A DNA stretch of 64,000 bases, taken from an uncultured Bacillota bacterium. Lineage in GTDB: Bacteria; Bacillota; DTU025; MWDF01. Within the stretch, counting starts at the first letter, position 1; each line of letters starts with the position of its first letter. A program made the position numbers and the translations under genes. The stretch is taken from positions 1 to 64,000 of the forward strand of contig CAWGMK010000013.1 of assembly GCA_963823655.1 (NCBI GenBank). The letters run 5' to 3'. The notes under the pieces were generated by a model that saw nothing but the letters and a program-made list of their open reading frames with translations, made no database searches and was not told the DNA's origin. Shown here in pieces: positions 49,996 through 63,400 of this stretch.

Positions 49996-51060
49996 ATGCA
50001 GCTGTACGAGAAGATGAAAGACGAGCTGGTCAGAATCTCCGGGGAGGATGCCTGCTGCAGATCCGCGGAGCTTTCGGCAATAGCGAAGGTGAACGGCACC
50101 GTTTATCTTTCTTTCGGCAATAAGATGAGGCTGATGCTCAAAGATGCAAGCGCCGCTGTCGCAAGAAGGACCGTGGCATTGCTTGCGGAGGCAGGTTGCA
50201 GGGATGTAGAGATCGTAGTGAGGATGAGGGAGAGGATACACAAGTCCAACTCCTACATTATTAGAATAAACTCCGACGCTACGGTAAAGAAATTGTTGAC
50301 CGAACTTGGCATATATGACGGAAACGGGCTGCTCGATGAGATCCCGAAAAGCATTTTCAAGAAGAGATGCTGCATGAGGGCCTACCTTAGGGGTGTTTTC
50401 CTGGGGGCGGGGTATCTGGGCAAACCGGCTTACGGCCACCACCTTGAGATAGCGGTCGAAAACGGCAGGTTCGCCGAGTCGTTGATTTCATTGATGCAAA
50501 AGTTCGATATGAAGCCAAAAGTCATAGAACGGCGGACCTATCACGTAGTATATCTGAAGGATGGGGACGACATAGTGCAGTTTCTAAACGTCGTCGGAGC
50601 CCATTCCTCCCTGTTAGATTTCGAAAACGCGAGGGTGATGAAGTCCATAAGAAACGATGTAAACAGAATCGTTAATGCTGAGGAGGCCAACATGGGTAAG
50701 ACCATAGAGGCATCCGTAAGCCAGATAGAGGACATCGAACTGATAAAGCAGGCCCTCGGTTTCGGCAGGCTTACACCGCCTCTTGCCGAGGCAGCGCGCA
50801 TAAGGCTCGAGAACCCGGACTCCACCCTTGCCGAGCTTGGCGCGATGCTCAAGAAGCCCATAGGCAAAAGCGGCATGAACCACAGGCTCAGAAGGCTTGC
50901 TAAGCTGGCCTCCGAGCTTCGGGCAGGGATTGAGAACGTTAAAGTTGATTGCTTACGACCCGGGGGGAAAGCCTTGCGAAGATGCGCTTCTGTTCTATGT
51001 TACAGCTATGTGTTCGAATCGTCGTGTTCTCTGCCTGTTCAGGACGAACTTTCAGGTTAA
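49996..51060 (+). CDS. whiA: DNA-binding protein WhiA (about 45 extra C-terminal residues)
   Basis: K.EL....CC..AEL, YLRG.FL..G, HLE, YLK....I..FL...GA, RN.VNR..N.E.AN..KT, R..NP...L.ELG, KSG.NHRLR. Confidence 0.93.
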   Translation: MQLYEKMKDELVRISGEDACCRSAELSAIAKVNGTVYLSFGNKMRLMLKDASAAVARRTVALLAEAGCRDVEIVVRMRERIHKSNSYIIRINSDATVKKLLTELGIYDGNGLLDEIPKSIFKKRCCMRAYLRGVFLGAGYLGKPAYGHHLEIAVENGRFAESLISLMQKFDMKPKVIERRTYHVVYLKDGDDIVQFLNVVGAHSSLLDFENARVMKSIRNDVNRIVNAEEANMGKTIEASVSQIEDIELIKQALGFGRLTPPLAEAARIRLENPDSTLAELGAMLKKPIGKSGMNHRLRRLAKLASELRAGIENVKVDCLRPGGKALRRCASVLCYSYVFESSCSLPVQDELSG

Positions 51061-51133
51061 TTGAGCGCCAACAGACTGATGATTGGCAATCTAACAGCTC
51101 CTCAAGATGAGCAAGATATAACAAATCGGGCTT

Positions 51134-52260
51134 TCACCTTAATGATGCAAAGAAGATGCTCAAAGCAAGCTCATTGAGGGTTCTCATGTCATTTTGGTTC
51201 TTTATGCTTAGTATCTCATTCTGAATTGCAAGGAATGCTTCCACAACATCGGGATCAAAACGGTTTCCTTTTCCATCTTTTGATTATGTTAAGTGATGCT
51301 TCTATGGATAAAGCTTCTTTGTAAGGCCGTTTGTATGTAAGCGCGTCGAATGCATCGGCAACTGCGGTGATTCGACCGGCGATAGGTATCTCATTACCTT
51401 TTAGGCCATAGGGATAGCCATTTCCATCCCATCTCTCATGATGGGATATTGCAATGGCTTCTCCCATTCTAATGCTTTCTGCGTCCGAACCACTCAGGAT
51501 CTCTGCGCCAATGTTCGTATGCCTTTTCATAATCGCCGATTTATCTGAGATCGAGAGTTGTAGGCTTCAGCAAAATGGCATCAGGAATTCCGATCTTACC
51601 TAGATCATGCATGGGGGATGCGGTAAGAATAAGGGCCACGGTCCTTTTATCAAATCCCATCTGACGGGCAATGGCCGCGCAATAGAGGCTTATGCTCCTA
51701 ATATGTTCACCAGTACCTTTATCTTTATATTCAGAAGCCGATGACAGACGGAAGATCGTGTCAAGTGAAGCTGCCTCCAGGTCCTTATGCGCTTGAACAA
51801 TCTCGGCCGTCTTTGATGCTACCTCAGCCTCCAATTCTTTTCTATAGTCATTCATCAATTTATTGTATAGCCCTGATTTTCAGTAGGGATCGAACTCGGG
51901 CTATCGAACTCCGATCTATCAACCGGTTTCGAGATAAAGTCGTCGCAGCCTGCATCAATACCTTTAACTCTGGCTTCTGTCTCCTGCAAAGCTGTAATAA
52001 GGATAATAGGAACCATGACGCCGTAGAGATATCTCTTTCTGATTTTACGTGTAATTTCAAAACCGTCAAGCCCGGGCATTAAAACATCCAGCAGATACTA
52101 GATCTACCATATTGCTCGACCAGATAATTCTTAAGTGCTTCTTCACCATTACTCGCTGTGATGATTTAATGCGTAACTCTCCGAGTTGAAGATACGTTTT
52201 CATCAGTTCAACACTCTGGAGATCATCGTCAACTATTAGAATTATAGGTTTGTTTTTCAT
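51134..52260 (-). pseudogene. Response regulator with HD-GYP phosphodiesterase (RpfG-like), many frameshifts
   Basis: ILIVDDD, LLDV.MPG.DG, G.DDFISKP, EYKD..TG.H, MHDLGKIGIPD.IL.KP, HHERWDG.GYP.GL and [14 protein letters not shown] occur across at least five fragments; the 3' end is approximate. Confidence 0.85.
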
Positions 52261-52616
52261 TTAATTTCTCCTTGAATCCAGGTTTCTTGGTTTCTATATG
52301 AGACATGAAATATTATTAATTACATAAAATATTATATATGGATATTTATTAATTAATGACTACTTTATATACGAATAATATTATCGAACTATGTGAAATC
52401 GCGATTTCTACAAAGACATATTCTGGAATTGCGACCTCTCCTCTAAGGCACCGTTAGCAAATTCTAATTGTTAAGTCTGCCTGCCAATTGTCGGCGCACC
52501 TTTGACACTATTGTTTTCAAACTTGCACTTAAACATATATAATCTTCTTGTGACATTTGGGACCATGCAAGAAATGATGACTGGCATAGTCCTCAAAATA
52601 CCTGTATAGGCGATGG

Positions 52617-52645
52617 TTGACACAGGTATTTGAAGTCAATATATT
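52617..52645 (+). promoter_or_regulatory. sigma70 promoter of the gap operon with an overlapping inverted repeat
   Basis: TTGACA-N17-TATATT; inverted repeat AAATACCTGT (52596-52605) / ACAGGTATTT (52622-52631). Confidence 0.7.
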
Positions 52646-52690
52646 TAACTACATTGAGCGAAATTAAATGCGGAGGTGAAACGCCTTTAA

Positions 52691-53711
<1,021 letters not shown>

Positions 53712-53728
53712 AAGACAGGGGTGTTCCT

Positions 53729-54913
53729 ATGTCTAAGAAGACCATAAGAGATATCGAGCTCAAAGCCAAAAAGGTCCTGGTAAGGGCGGATTTCAATGTA
53801 CCCCAGGATTCCACGGGCGCGATAACCGACGATAGAAGGATCAGGGAGGCACTCCCTACAATTAAATACCTTATGGCCCGGGGGGCCGTAACCATACTGG
53901 CGTCGCACCTGGGCAGGCCAAACGGGGAGGTCAATCCGAAGTATTCCCTGAAGCCGGTGGCTGTGAGGCTGTCCGAGCTTCTGGGTTTCGAGGTTAAATT
54001 GCTTCCTGACTGCGTTGGAGCAGCTGTTAGCCAGGGCGTGGCGCAGACCGGGCCCGGCGGAGTTGTCCTGCTTGAGAATGTAAGGTTCCATAAGGAAGAG
54101 GAGGCCAATGACGAGGCTTTTGCAAAAGAGCTTGCCTCGCTGGCAGATGCCTTCGTAATGGACGCATTCGGGACGGCGCACAGGGCGCATGCCTCAACTG
54201 AGGGCGTCTCCAAGTTCATTCCTGCCGTGGCGGGGCTTCTTGTGGAGAAGGAACTCAGGATAATGGGGGGCGCGCTCAACAAGCCGGCAAGGCCGTTCGT
54301 AGCGCTTCTCGGTGGCGCAAAGGTAAAAGACAAGCTTGCGGTAATCGAGAACCTTCTTGGCAAGGTCGATACCCTGATTATCGGAGGCGGGATGTGCTAC
54401 ACATTCCTCAAGGCGGAGGGTTATCCGATAGGAAAGTCCCTGCTTGATGCCGAGAGGATCGATTACTGCCGCAGGCTGATCGAAATGGCTAAGTCAAAGG
54501 GCGTAAAGCTCTTGCTTCCTGTCGACCATGTTGCCGCTGCCGACATCAGCGGAGAGGGCGCAAGCAGGGTAGTCGATGCAGAAGGCATACCCGAAGGGAT
54601 GATGGGCGTAGACATCGGGCCCAAGACCGGAAGGTTGTTCTCCGATGCCATAAAAGGCGCCGCTACGGTTGTATGGAACGGCCCCATGGGAGTGTTTGAG
54701 GTTCCGGCTTACAGCAAGGGGACGTTCGCGGTCGCCGAAGCTATGGCAGAATCCGAAGCGGTTACTATAGTCGGCGGGGGAGACTCCGCTGCCGCAGTGG
54801 AGAAGCTGGGCTTCGCCGATAAGGTTACGCATGTATCTACTGGAGGCGGAGCTTCGCTTGAGTTCCTTGAGGGCAAGACTTTGCCGGGCATAGCTGCCCT
54901 TCTTGATAACTGA
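53729..54913 (+). CDS. pgk: Phosphoglycerate kinase
   Basis: [55 protein letters not shown]. Confidence 0.97.
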   Translation: MSKKTIRDIELKAKKVLVRADFNVPQDSTGAITDDRRIREALPTIKYLMARGAVTILASHLGRPNGEVNPKYSLKPVAVRLSELLGFEVKLLPDCVGAAVSQGVAQTGPGGVVLLENVRFHKEEEANDEAFAKELASLADAFVMDAFGTAHRAHASTEGVSKFIPAVAGLLVEKELRIMGGALNKPARPFVALLGGAKVKDKLAVIENLLGKVDTLIIGGGMCYTFLKAEGYPIGKSLLDAERIDYCRRLIEMAKSKGVKLLLPVDHVAAADISGEGASRVVDAEGIPEGMMGVDIGPKTGRLFSDAIKGAATVVWNGPMGVFEVPAYSKGTFAVAEAMAESEAVTIVGGGDSAAAVEKLGFADKVTHVSTGGGASLEFLEGKTLPGIAALLDN

Positions 54914-54928
54914 TTGGAGGCTTTTGAT

Positions 54929-55693
54929 TTGCGCAGAAGGATAATCGCGGGCAACTGGAAGATGAACAAGGGCGTTGCCGCATCGATACAGCTCGCCGAG
55001 GACGTCGCCAAAAGGTGCGCAGTTCACTGCGCTTCCCTGGACCTGGTTATATGCCCCACTTTCCTGGCCCTTGCCGGGGTCGCCGAGGCTGTAAAAGGGA
55101 CGGGCCTTGGAGTAGGATCCCAGGATTGTTACCATACAGCACAGGGCGCGTTCACAGGTGAAGTGAACCCGGAACTTATCAAGGAAGCCGGTGCAGGATA
55201 CTGCATAATAGGCCATTCGGAGAGGCGCACGCTTATGGGCGAGACGGACAAGGCAGTCAACCTCAAGGCGAAGGCTCTGCTGAAGGCGGGCGTATTGCCC
55301 ATAATCTGCGTCGGGGAGACTCTTGAGGAGAAGCAGGCCGGGGATACTATAAACGTGGTATCGGGGCAAGTGATGAGGGCATTCGCCGGCATCGGGTCGC
55401 AAGACGCAGTTCGCGCCGTCATCGCCTACGAGCCGGTATGGGCGATCGGAACGGGATTGAACGCCACGGCAGCCGACGCGCAGACAGTGTGCAAATCTAT
55501 CAGGGATGCCGTGCAGTATCTGTACGGTGGGGATGTTTCCGACGCCATAAGGATCCAATACGGCGGATCGGTCAAATCGGACAATATGGAAGGCTTCATG
55601 GCCATGCCCGACATCGATGGAGCTCTTGTCGGCGGGGCAAGCCTTAAATCGGATGAGTTCGAAAAGATAGCGGCGGCAGCGGCCACCGCTTAA
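54929..55693 (+). CDS. tpiA: Triosephosphate isomerase
   Basis: AGNWKMN, GHSERR, AYEPVWAIGTG, YGGSV, DGALVGGASL; TTG start after GGAGG. Confidence 0.97.
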   Translation: MRRRIIAGNWKMNKGVAASIQLAEDVAKRCAVHCASLDLVICPTFLALAGVAEAVKGTGLGVGSQDCYHTAQGAFTGEVNPELIKEAGAGYCIIGHSERRTLMGETDKAVNLKAKALLKAGVLPIICVGETLEEKQAGDTINVVSGQVMRAFAGIGSQDAVRAVIAYEPVWAIGTGLNATAADAQTVCKSIRDAVQYLYGGDVSDAIRIQYGGSVKSDNMEGFMAMPDIDGALVGGASLKSDEFEKIAAAAATA

Positions 55694-55701
55694 AGCATTA
55701 A

Positions 55702-57042
<1,341 letters not shown>

Positions 57043-57048
57043 CGATAA

Positions 57049-57960
57049 ATGGATCTTGAGGCGAAATGCAAGGTAATAGAAGAGGAGAGTGCGCTGGCAA
57101 GGCCGAAGGCCGGGCCGGCGCCGCTTTCTGCTATGCCTATGGCAAGGACACGCTACAGGATGCTAGTCTCCGACCTGGACAACACTCTGCTTGATGAGGA
57201 CAAAAGGCCGTGTGAACAGGACCTTGCGGCGATCAGAAGGCTAGTAGAGGCCGGCTTCATATTCACTTTCGCTACTGGCAGGGGACCCGGATCAACATCC
57301 AGGATTTACAGGGAGCTTGGCGCGAACGCGCCTGCGATAATTTTCAACGGCGCCAGGATAGTAGACTTCGCAAACGGAGGCAGAAAGATATTCAGCAGCG
57401 TTATGAGCAGGGGTCCTGCGGTGAAGGCCATCGAGTTCGCCAAGGCCCTAGCAACGACGGTAATGGCGTTCGAAGGTGAGAACTGCCTGGCTTCTACCAG
57501 GAATGAATGGGTGGACTTCTATGAGAAGGCCACATCTTCTGTCAGCCTGCAAGTCGGCGACCTGGCCCATTACGTCTCGCAGATGCCTGAGGGCATAGAG
57601 CTTACTAAGCTTGTGTTTTTCTCTGAGCCCGAAAGAAGAGATGAGATTGTCTCGAAGCTGAAAACCGAGTTCCCCGAGTTCAATTGCGTGGGGACGACGC
57701 CGAATTACTCTGAAGTACTTCCCCCCGGGATTTCCAAGGGCTTTGCACTGGGCAAGCTGGCTAAATACGTGGGGATAGACATGGAATCTATAGTAGCGGT
57801 CGGTGACGCTCCCAATGACATTGAGATGATCAGGGCGGCGGGGTTGGGTGCAGCCGTGGAGAATGCAGACGACTGCGTTAAAGCAGAGGCAGATATTATC
57901 GTAAGGACAGTAGGAACAGGCGGCATAGCCGAGTTGATTTCGATAGCTTTCGGCCTATAA
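57049..57960 (+). CDS. Cof-type HAD-IIB hydrolase
   Basis: SDLDNTLL, ATGR, NGA, SKG.AL, GDA.ND..M; the true start may be at a later Met. Confidence 0.88.
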   Translation: MDLEAKCKVIEEESALARPKAGPAPLSAMPMARTRYRMLVSDLDNTLLDEDKRPCEQDLAAIRRLVEAGFIFTFATGRGPGSTSRIYRELGANAPAIIFNGARIVDFANGGRKIFSSVMSRGPAVKAIEFAKALATTVMAFEGENCLASTRNEWVDFYEKATSSVSLQVGDLAHYVSQMPEGIELTKLVFFSEPERRDEIVSKLKTEFPEFNCVGTTPNYSEVLPPGISKGFALGKLAKYVGIDMESIVAVGDAPNDIEMIRAAGLGAAVENADDCVKAEADIIVRTVGTGGIAELISIAFGL

Positions 57961-57963
57961 AGC

Positions 57964-57992
57964 TTGCAAAGGGACCATGCAATTGTTAAAAT
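57964..57992 (+). promoter_or_regulatory. sigma70 promoter for secG
   Basis: TTGCAA-N17-TAAAAT with an extended -10 TG. Confidence 0.7.
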
Positions 57993-58026
57993 GAAGTTCG
58001 TATAAATCAGTTAGGGGGTCATCCCG

Positions 58027-58257
58027 GTGGAAATACTGAAGATCGTTCTTGTGGTAATACAGTTCGTACTGGCCCTGGGGCTAATTGCAATAGTGATTCT
58101 GCAGCCGGCAAAGGGCGAGGGGCTTGGATCTATAGGCGGAGGCTCGAAGCTGTTCTTCGGAAAGAAGAAGGGTTATGAAGCGGTTCTGGAGAAGGCGACT
58201 ACTTGGGTGGCGGTAGGTTTCATGATAACGTCATTCCTGTTCATCTTCACTAAGTAA
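58027..58257 (+). CDS. secG: Preprotein translocase subunit SecG
   Basis: Two TM segments, ILQ..KG.GL...GG...FG...G....L.K.T; conserved position after eno. Confidence 0.93.
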   Translation: MEILKIVLVVIQFVLALGLIAIVILQPAKGEGLGSIGGGSKLFFGKKKGYEAVLEKATTWVAVGFMITSFLFIFTK

Positions 58258-58284
58258 AAGGGCCGGCATCGAGCAATCAATTTC

Positions 58285-58311
58285 GCCTCGCAGTTCTTTG
58301 CGAGGCTTTTT
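58285..58311 (+). terminator. Intrinsic terminator after secG
   Basis: GCCTCGCA/TGCGAGGC stem followed by TTTTT. Confidence 0.75.
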
Positions 58312-58339
58312 CGTCTAATCTAGGGAGGAATTCCTGCAA

Positions 58340-58894
58340 ATGCTGGATCGAGATTATGCTCTGAAGCTTATAAAAAGCAAGGTGGCCAACAAGAACCTAA
58401 TCAACCATATGCTCGCAGCCGAATTCATAATGAGATCGCTTGCGGAAAGGTTCGGGCAGGACGCGGACTCCTGGGGAATGGCAGGCCTGCTGCACGACAT
58501 CGATTACGATACGACGGCGACCGACATGGGTTTGCACAGCAAGATTGGTTCCGAAATGCTCAGAGCGGAAGGCTTTGCAGAGGACATATGCCATGCAGTT
58601 TATGCCCATAACGGTGCCCACGGGGAGCCCAGGGTCAGTGAAATGGACAAAGCATTGTATGCAGTCGACCCCCTGACAGGGCTTATTGTAGCCGCAGCCC
58701 TAGTGATGCCCGGCAAGAGACTGGCTTCAGTCAGTGCCGAGAAGGTTCTCAACAGATTCAAAGAGAAGGCATTTGCCAAGGGTGCGAACAGGGAACAGAT
58801 CAAAGCATGCTCGGATCTTGGAATGAGTCTTGAAGAATTCATTGGCGAAGGGTTGTTGGCGATGCAGCTCAGGGCCCACGAGATAGGCCTTTGA
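58340..58894 (+). CDS. HD-superfamily (HDIG-type) predicted hydrolase
   Basis: L..H.LA.E..M..LA, W..AGLLHD.DY, H, D.LTGLI.A.AL, K.FA.G.NRE.I. Confidence 0.85.
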   Translation: MLDRDYALKLIKSKVANKNLINHMLAAEFIMRSLAERFGQDADSWGMAGLLHDIDYDTTATDMGLHSKIGSEMLRAEGFAEDICHAVYAHNGAHGEPRVSEMDKALYAVDPLTGLIVAAALVMPGKRLASVSAEKVLNRFKEKAFAKGANREQIKACSDLGMSLEEFIGEGLLAMQLRAHEIGL

Positions 58895-58909
58895 TAGGAG
58901 AGTATTCAC

Positions 58910-59395
58910 ATGTCTCAGCCGGAAGCAGCGGTTAAGGTGTTGGCAACCAACAGGAAGGCGCATAGGAACTACATGATACTTGAGTCCTATGAGGCTGGCG
59001 TTGCCCTTACCGGAACCGAGATACAAAGCGCAAGAAGAGGCAGGGTGAATATTAACGACGCCTGGGTGGAGATCAAGGCCGGCGAGGCTTACCTGATGGA
59101 TTCCCATATATCGGAGTGGGAATTCGGTAACATCTTCAACCACGAACCAAGAAGGGTTAGAAAGCTTCTGCTTCATAAGGCCGAAATCAGGCGGCTTGAC
59201 CAGAAAGTCAGGGAGAGGGGCTTTACAATAACCGCTCTTAGCATGTATCTTTCCAAAGGCAAGGCCAAGGTGGAAATCGGGCTTGGAAAAGGCAAAACGG
59301 GTCTTGACAAGCGCGAGGACATTAAAGAACGCGATATTAAAAGGTCAGTGGATGTTGCGAAGAAATCAGGCCGAGGCGGAGATTCAGACTGGTAG
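58910..59395 (+). CDS. smpB: SsrA-binding protein
   Basis: NRKA...Y.ILE.YEAG..L.G.E, NHEP.R.RKLLLHK.EI, G.GK...DKRE. Confidence 0.97.
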   Translation: MSQPEAAVKVLATNRKAHRNYMILESYEAGVALTGTEIQSARRGRVNINDAWVEIKAGEAYLMDSHISEWEFGNIFNHEPRRVRKLLLHKAEIRRLDQKVRERGFTITALSMYLSKGKAKVEIGLGKGKTGLDKREDIKERDIKRSVDVAKKSGRGGDSDW

Positions 59396-59416
59396 ATTCG
59401 TTAATATATTAGATTT

Positions 59417-59765
59417 GGGGGCGATACGGTTTCGACGGGGAGCGCTGTAACAATCTAAGCGAGCCGAGTTGTCCGAATACTCGTTAAACAAGCGGAAAAA
59501 CAACAAACGACAACAACTACGCTTACGCTGCTTAACTAAAGCGGCCGTCTGAAGCGGTCCCATCCCGGAGGGCTGCAAGGGCGTCAAATAAACCGGGGAT
59601 GCTCTGACGGCAATTCTCGGAGCCGTTGGAAAAGATTATCGAGATAGCAAGGGGGAAGCCGGCCGAAGGGCGTCTTCCAAGCGAAAATTAAACCTGCGGC
59701 TACGCTCGTAGAAGGGGCTGAAACGGCCTTTTCGGACCCGGGTTCGACTCCCGGCGCCTCCACCA
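59417..59765 (+). ncRNA. ssrA: tmRNA; probable tag (A)DNNYAYAA encoded at 59509-59535
   Basis: 5' GGGGGCGATACGGTTTCGACGGG and 3' GGGTTCGACTCCCGGCGCCTCCACCA form an acceptor stem with a G.U pair; tag frame ends GCT GCT TAA; directly after smpB. The resume codon is inferred. Confidence 0.96.
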
Positions 59766-59773
59766 AAAATATC

Positions 59774-59816
59774 ACCACCTATTGATTAAGTGTTTATCGG
59801 TAGGTGGTTTTATTTT
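59774..59816 (+). terminator. Terminator after ssrA
   Basis: ACCACCTATTGAT/ATCGGTAGGTGGT stem followed by TTTATTTT. Confidence 0.75.
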
Positions 59817-60475
59817 AATCGAATACCTTGAGCAGATAAGCTTTCTGCGAATTCACCTTTACTCCATGCTGGCGGGCTCGTTGACGGCAATGACTCTGGG
59901 AACTATTGGAATGTTCAAAGTCGCATGTTTTCAAGCGGTAATCGCTGCTCCAATAGTTTGACTTTGAACTCAGAAGTGCGTTATTCTAAATAAAATTTAA
60001 ACAATAATAGAAATGTAGTGTAAGTGACCTATTCACAGGGAAATACGAGACTATGAAAACCTATTTGATGCGGAAATCCAATTGCCTAACACATTGAAGT
60101 TGTTGCGTACAATCCATCTAATGAAGACCGGAAGGATAGTATGCCGGCAATTGTGTGCCAGTTGCAAGGAATTCACATTTGCTGTTCACCTGCCCATAAT
60201 TAGAAATGAGTGCGGATTTGGCTGTGGGCAGGAGCAGAAGAAATTACATAAGCGGCGGCAAGGAATTGATTACAGATTAATCGACAAGAGCAGATAGTAC
60301 AATAGGAGCTTTAATGCTTGGCTATAATTGTATTGGCCAAAGTAGGGTAATTCTGGTATGAAGCAAATATATAAAATGTGGTTCTTGGGCTTGAGGGATC
60401 CGGCTTTTAAAAAGTTGGTGCCGGAACAACCCGATACTGCAACGCCGGTAGACTCGCTAGTAAGGGGGGCATTAT

Positions 60476-63400
60476 ATGGAGTCGACTGTTTTAAGCGCGT
60501 TATTTAATAATGCCTCACTGTTGCTGGTTCTGACCGTCATTTACGAAGTAACCTATTTTGTGCCATTGAAGTATCGCCGAATGCAGCCAGTGTTCAATGG
60601 GCTCCTGATTGCAGCTATTTGTGCTGCCATTATGAGCATGCCCTTTACGCTGCAGCCAGGTGTGATATACGACACACGGTCGATTTTAATCTGCGTGACA
60701 GCCCTGATATTTGGCGCGATTCCGACGATGATCACCGTTGCTGCAGCCTCAATGATCAGGCTGATTATAGGAGGAACCGGCACATTGCCCGGGCTTGCGG
60801 TCATCATGACTAGCGCGTTAATCGGCCTGGCCTGGCGGCGATGGCTGCATCCGAAATCTACGAAATGGCGATGGTTAAGCGCCTATGCCATGAGTGTCAG
60901 TGTCCATATCACAATGCTTGCTTGCATGCTTCTGCTCCCGTATCCGGACAACCTGAACGTCATTCGTAAAATAGCCTTGCCAATAATGGTTATCTATCCA
61001 ATCGCATCCGTCTTGCTAAGCCTTTTATTAATACGCCAACAGGACATTAGGAACACGCAGGAAAAATTGAAGCAATCCGAAGAGAAGTACAGAAGAATTG
61101 CAGAGAACATATCTGACGTAGTATGGGCAACGGATATGAACCTCAGGACAACGTATCTTAGCCCTTCAATTGAGCATTTAGTGGGGGAAAGCATACAAGC
61201 TCACCTGCTTCGAACCCTGGATGAGAAGTTGCCCCCAGAATCAATTCTTAAGATCCGAGCCCTTTTCGCTGAAGAGATGGAAAAGGAAAAGGACCCTAAT
61301 TGCGATAAGAACAGGACTTTTGCTATTGAACTGGAGCAGTATCGAGCTGATGGGACAACAATTTGGATTTCCATGAATATCTCGATCCTGCGTGATGAAA
61401 AAGGAAAGCCGGTTGGTTTCCAGGGCGTGTCACGTGACATTACGAAACTAAGAAAAGCAGAAGAAGAATTGCGTACGAGCGAAGAAAAACACCGGCGTCT
61501 GTTTGAGACTATGGCAGAAGGCGTCGTATATCAAGCGGCAAATGGATCAATCATCTCGGCGAATCCAGCGGCAGAACGGATTCTGGGCATAACCTTTGAT
61601 CAAATGCAGTGGAAAACCTCCATGGATACAAACTGGAAGGCAATAAGGGAAGATGGCTCTGAGTTGATGGGAAATGAGCATCCGGCCATGGTCTCTCTTC
61701 GCACCGGAGAGCCTTACGGCCCATTTATAATGGGCGTATTCCAGCCGCAGATAAACGAATACGTTTGGCTTTCTATCAACGCTATTCCTTTGTTCCAGCC
61801 CGGTGAAACCACGCCATTTCAAGTATATACGACTTTTCGTGAGATTACGGCAGAACGCATGGCAAATCGCAAGTATCAGCTACTATTCAGTGAGATGATT
61901 GACGCCTTTGCTCTGCACGAAATCATCTGCGACGATGAGGGAAAGCCGGTAGACTATAGGTTTCTTGCTGTTAACCCTTCTTTTGAACTCATGACCGGCC
62001 TAAAATCCGAGGACATTCTGGGCAAAACAGTCATGGAAGTCATGCCAGATACCGAGAAATACTGGATAGAGACTTACGGCAGGGTTGCATTGAAGGGAGA
62101 CCCCATAAAGTTCATCAATTACTCAGCTGCTTTAGAGAAGCACTATGAAGTTAGCGCATATCAACCTTCGCCGAACCAATTCGCGGTTACTTTTTCGGAT
62201 ATCACGGAGCAAATTCGGGATAGGGAAAAGGCAATGGAAAGCCTTTCAAGGCTGAGGAGTCTGCTTGACAACAGCCCCAGCCCAATTGTGATTATCGACG
62301 AGAACGGAAGATTCATTGAGGTATCTGCCGTAGCGGAAAAGATTTTCGGGTTCCCGAAAGAAGAAATCTATATGAAAGAGATCTCTCAGATAGCGCCGCC
62401 GGATATGCTAAAAAAGGCATCATACGCCTTGTCGAAGTCGCCTGCTGACAGCCAACTCCCTGAGAATATTGACGTATTTACTTTAGATGGAAACAGAAGG
62501 TACTTTGAAAGCCGGATCTTCCCGATACACGTTCCGAATAACAGCGCCCGTCTATTCGGATACATCGGAATCGATGTAACAGATCGGATAATGGCCGAAT
62601 ACGCTTTGAAAGAGAACGAGGAGAAGTACAGCAACTACATTGAGAACGCTCCCGACGGCATCTTCGTTGTAAACGGCGACGGACAATATGTCGAAGTGAA
62701 CAGCAGTGCCTCGGCAATAACCGGCTATAGCAGGGAAAAGCTCGTTACGATGTCCATCAGAGACATTACGGCTGACGAGTCGCTGGAATCAGCCTTGCGC
62801 GAATTCGAGGAATTGAAAAGAAAAGGCTACATGAATGCAGAGCTGAAGTTCATCCACAAAAACGGTTCAAAACGATGGTGGAGCGTAAACGCAGTTAAGC
62901 TATCGGAAAATCGATATCTTGGCTTCTCGAATGACATAACAGAGAAGAAGGACTCGGAAGCGAACCTTATCCACATAATTAATCACGACCTGCTTACCGG
63001 CTTGTACAACCGCAGGTTCTACGATGCCGAGCTTAAACGCATCGATACTCCCAGCCAATTGCCGTTATCGATAATCATCGGGGATATCAATGGCTTGAAA
63101 CTTATCAATGATTCCTTCGGACATTTAGAGGGGGATAGAATCATCATTGAAGCAGCGAAGCTCATCAACAGTTGTTGCCGGGAGGGCGATACACTCGCTA
63201 GAACCGGAGGGGACGAATTCAGCATTCTTTTGCCCAAAACCAGTGCTCAAACTGCAAAGGAGCTGTTAAAGGTCATTCAGGCCACCTGCGAACAATACAA
63301 CATGAATGCGCCAGATGAAGTTCATTTTGTCAACCTTTCCCTAGGTACTGATACAAAAGAAACGGCTGACACTGATTTCGTACAGGTCAGCAAAAGAGCG

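Noticed and set aside
59730-59765. tRNA-like T-arm and CCA end
   Set aside because: This is the tRNA-like domain of tmRNA, not a separate tRNA.
60030-60170. Possible c-di-GMP-I/II or cobalamin riboswitch (CACAGGGAAA..., GCGGAAATCC)
   Set aside because: Core consensus elements such as GGCAAA..GAAA..GCAAA or GCCACTG could not be matched by eye.
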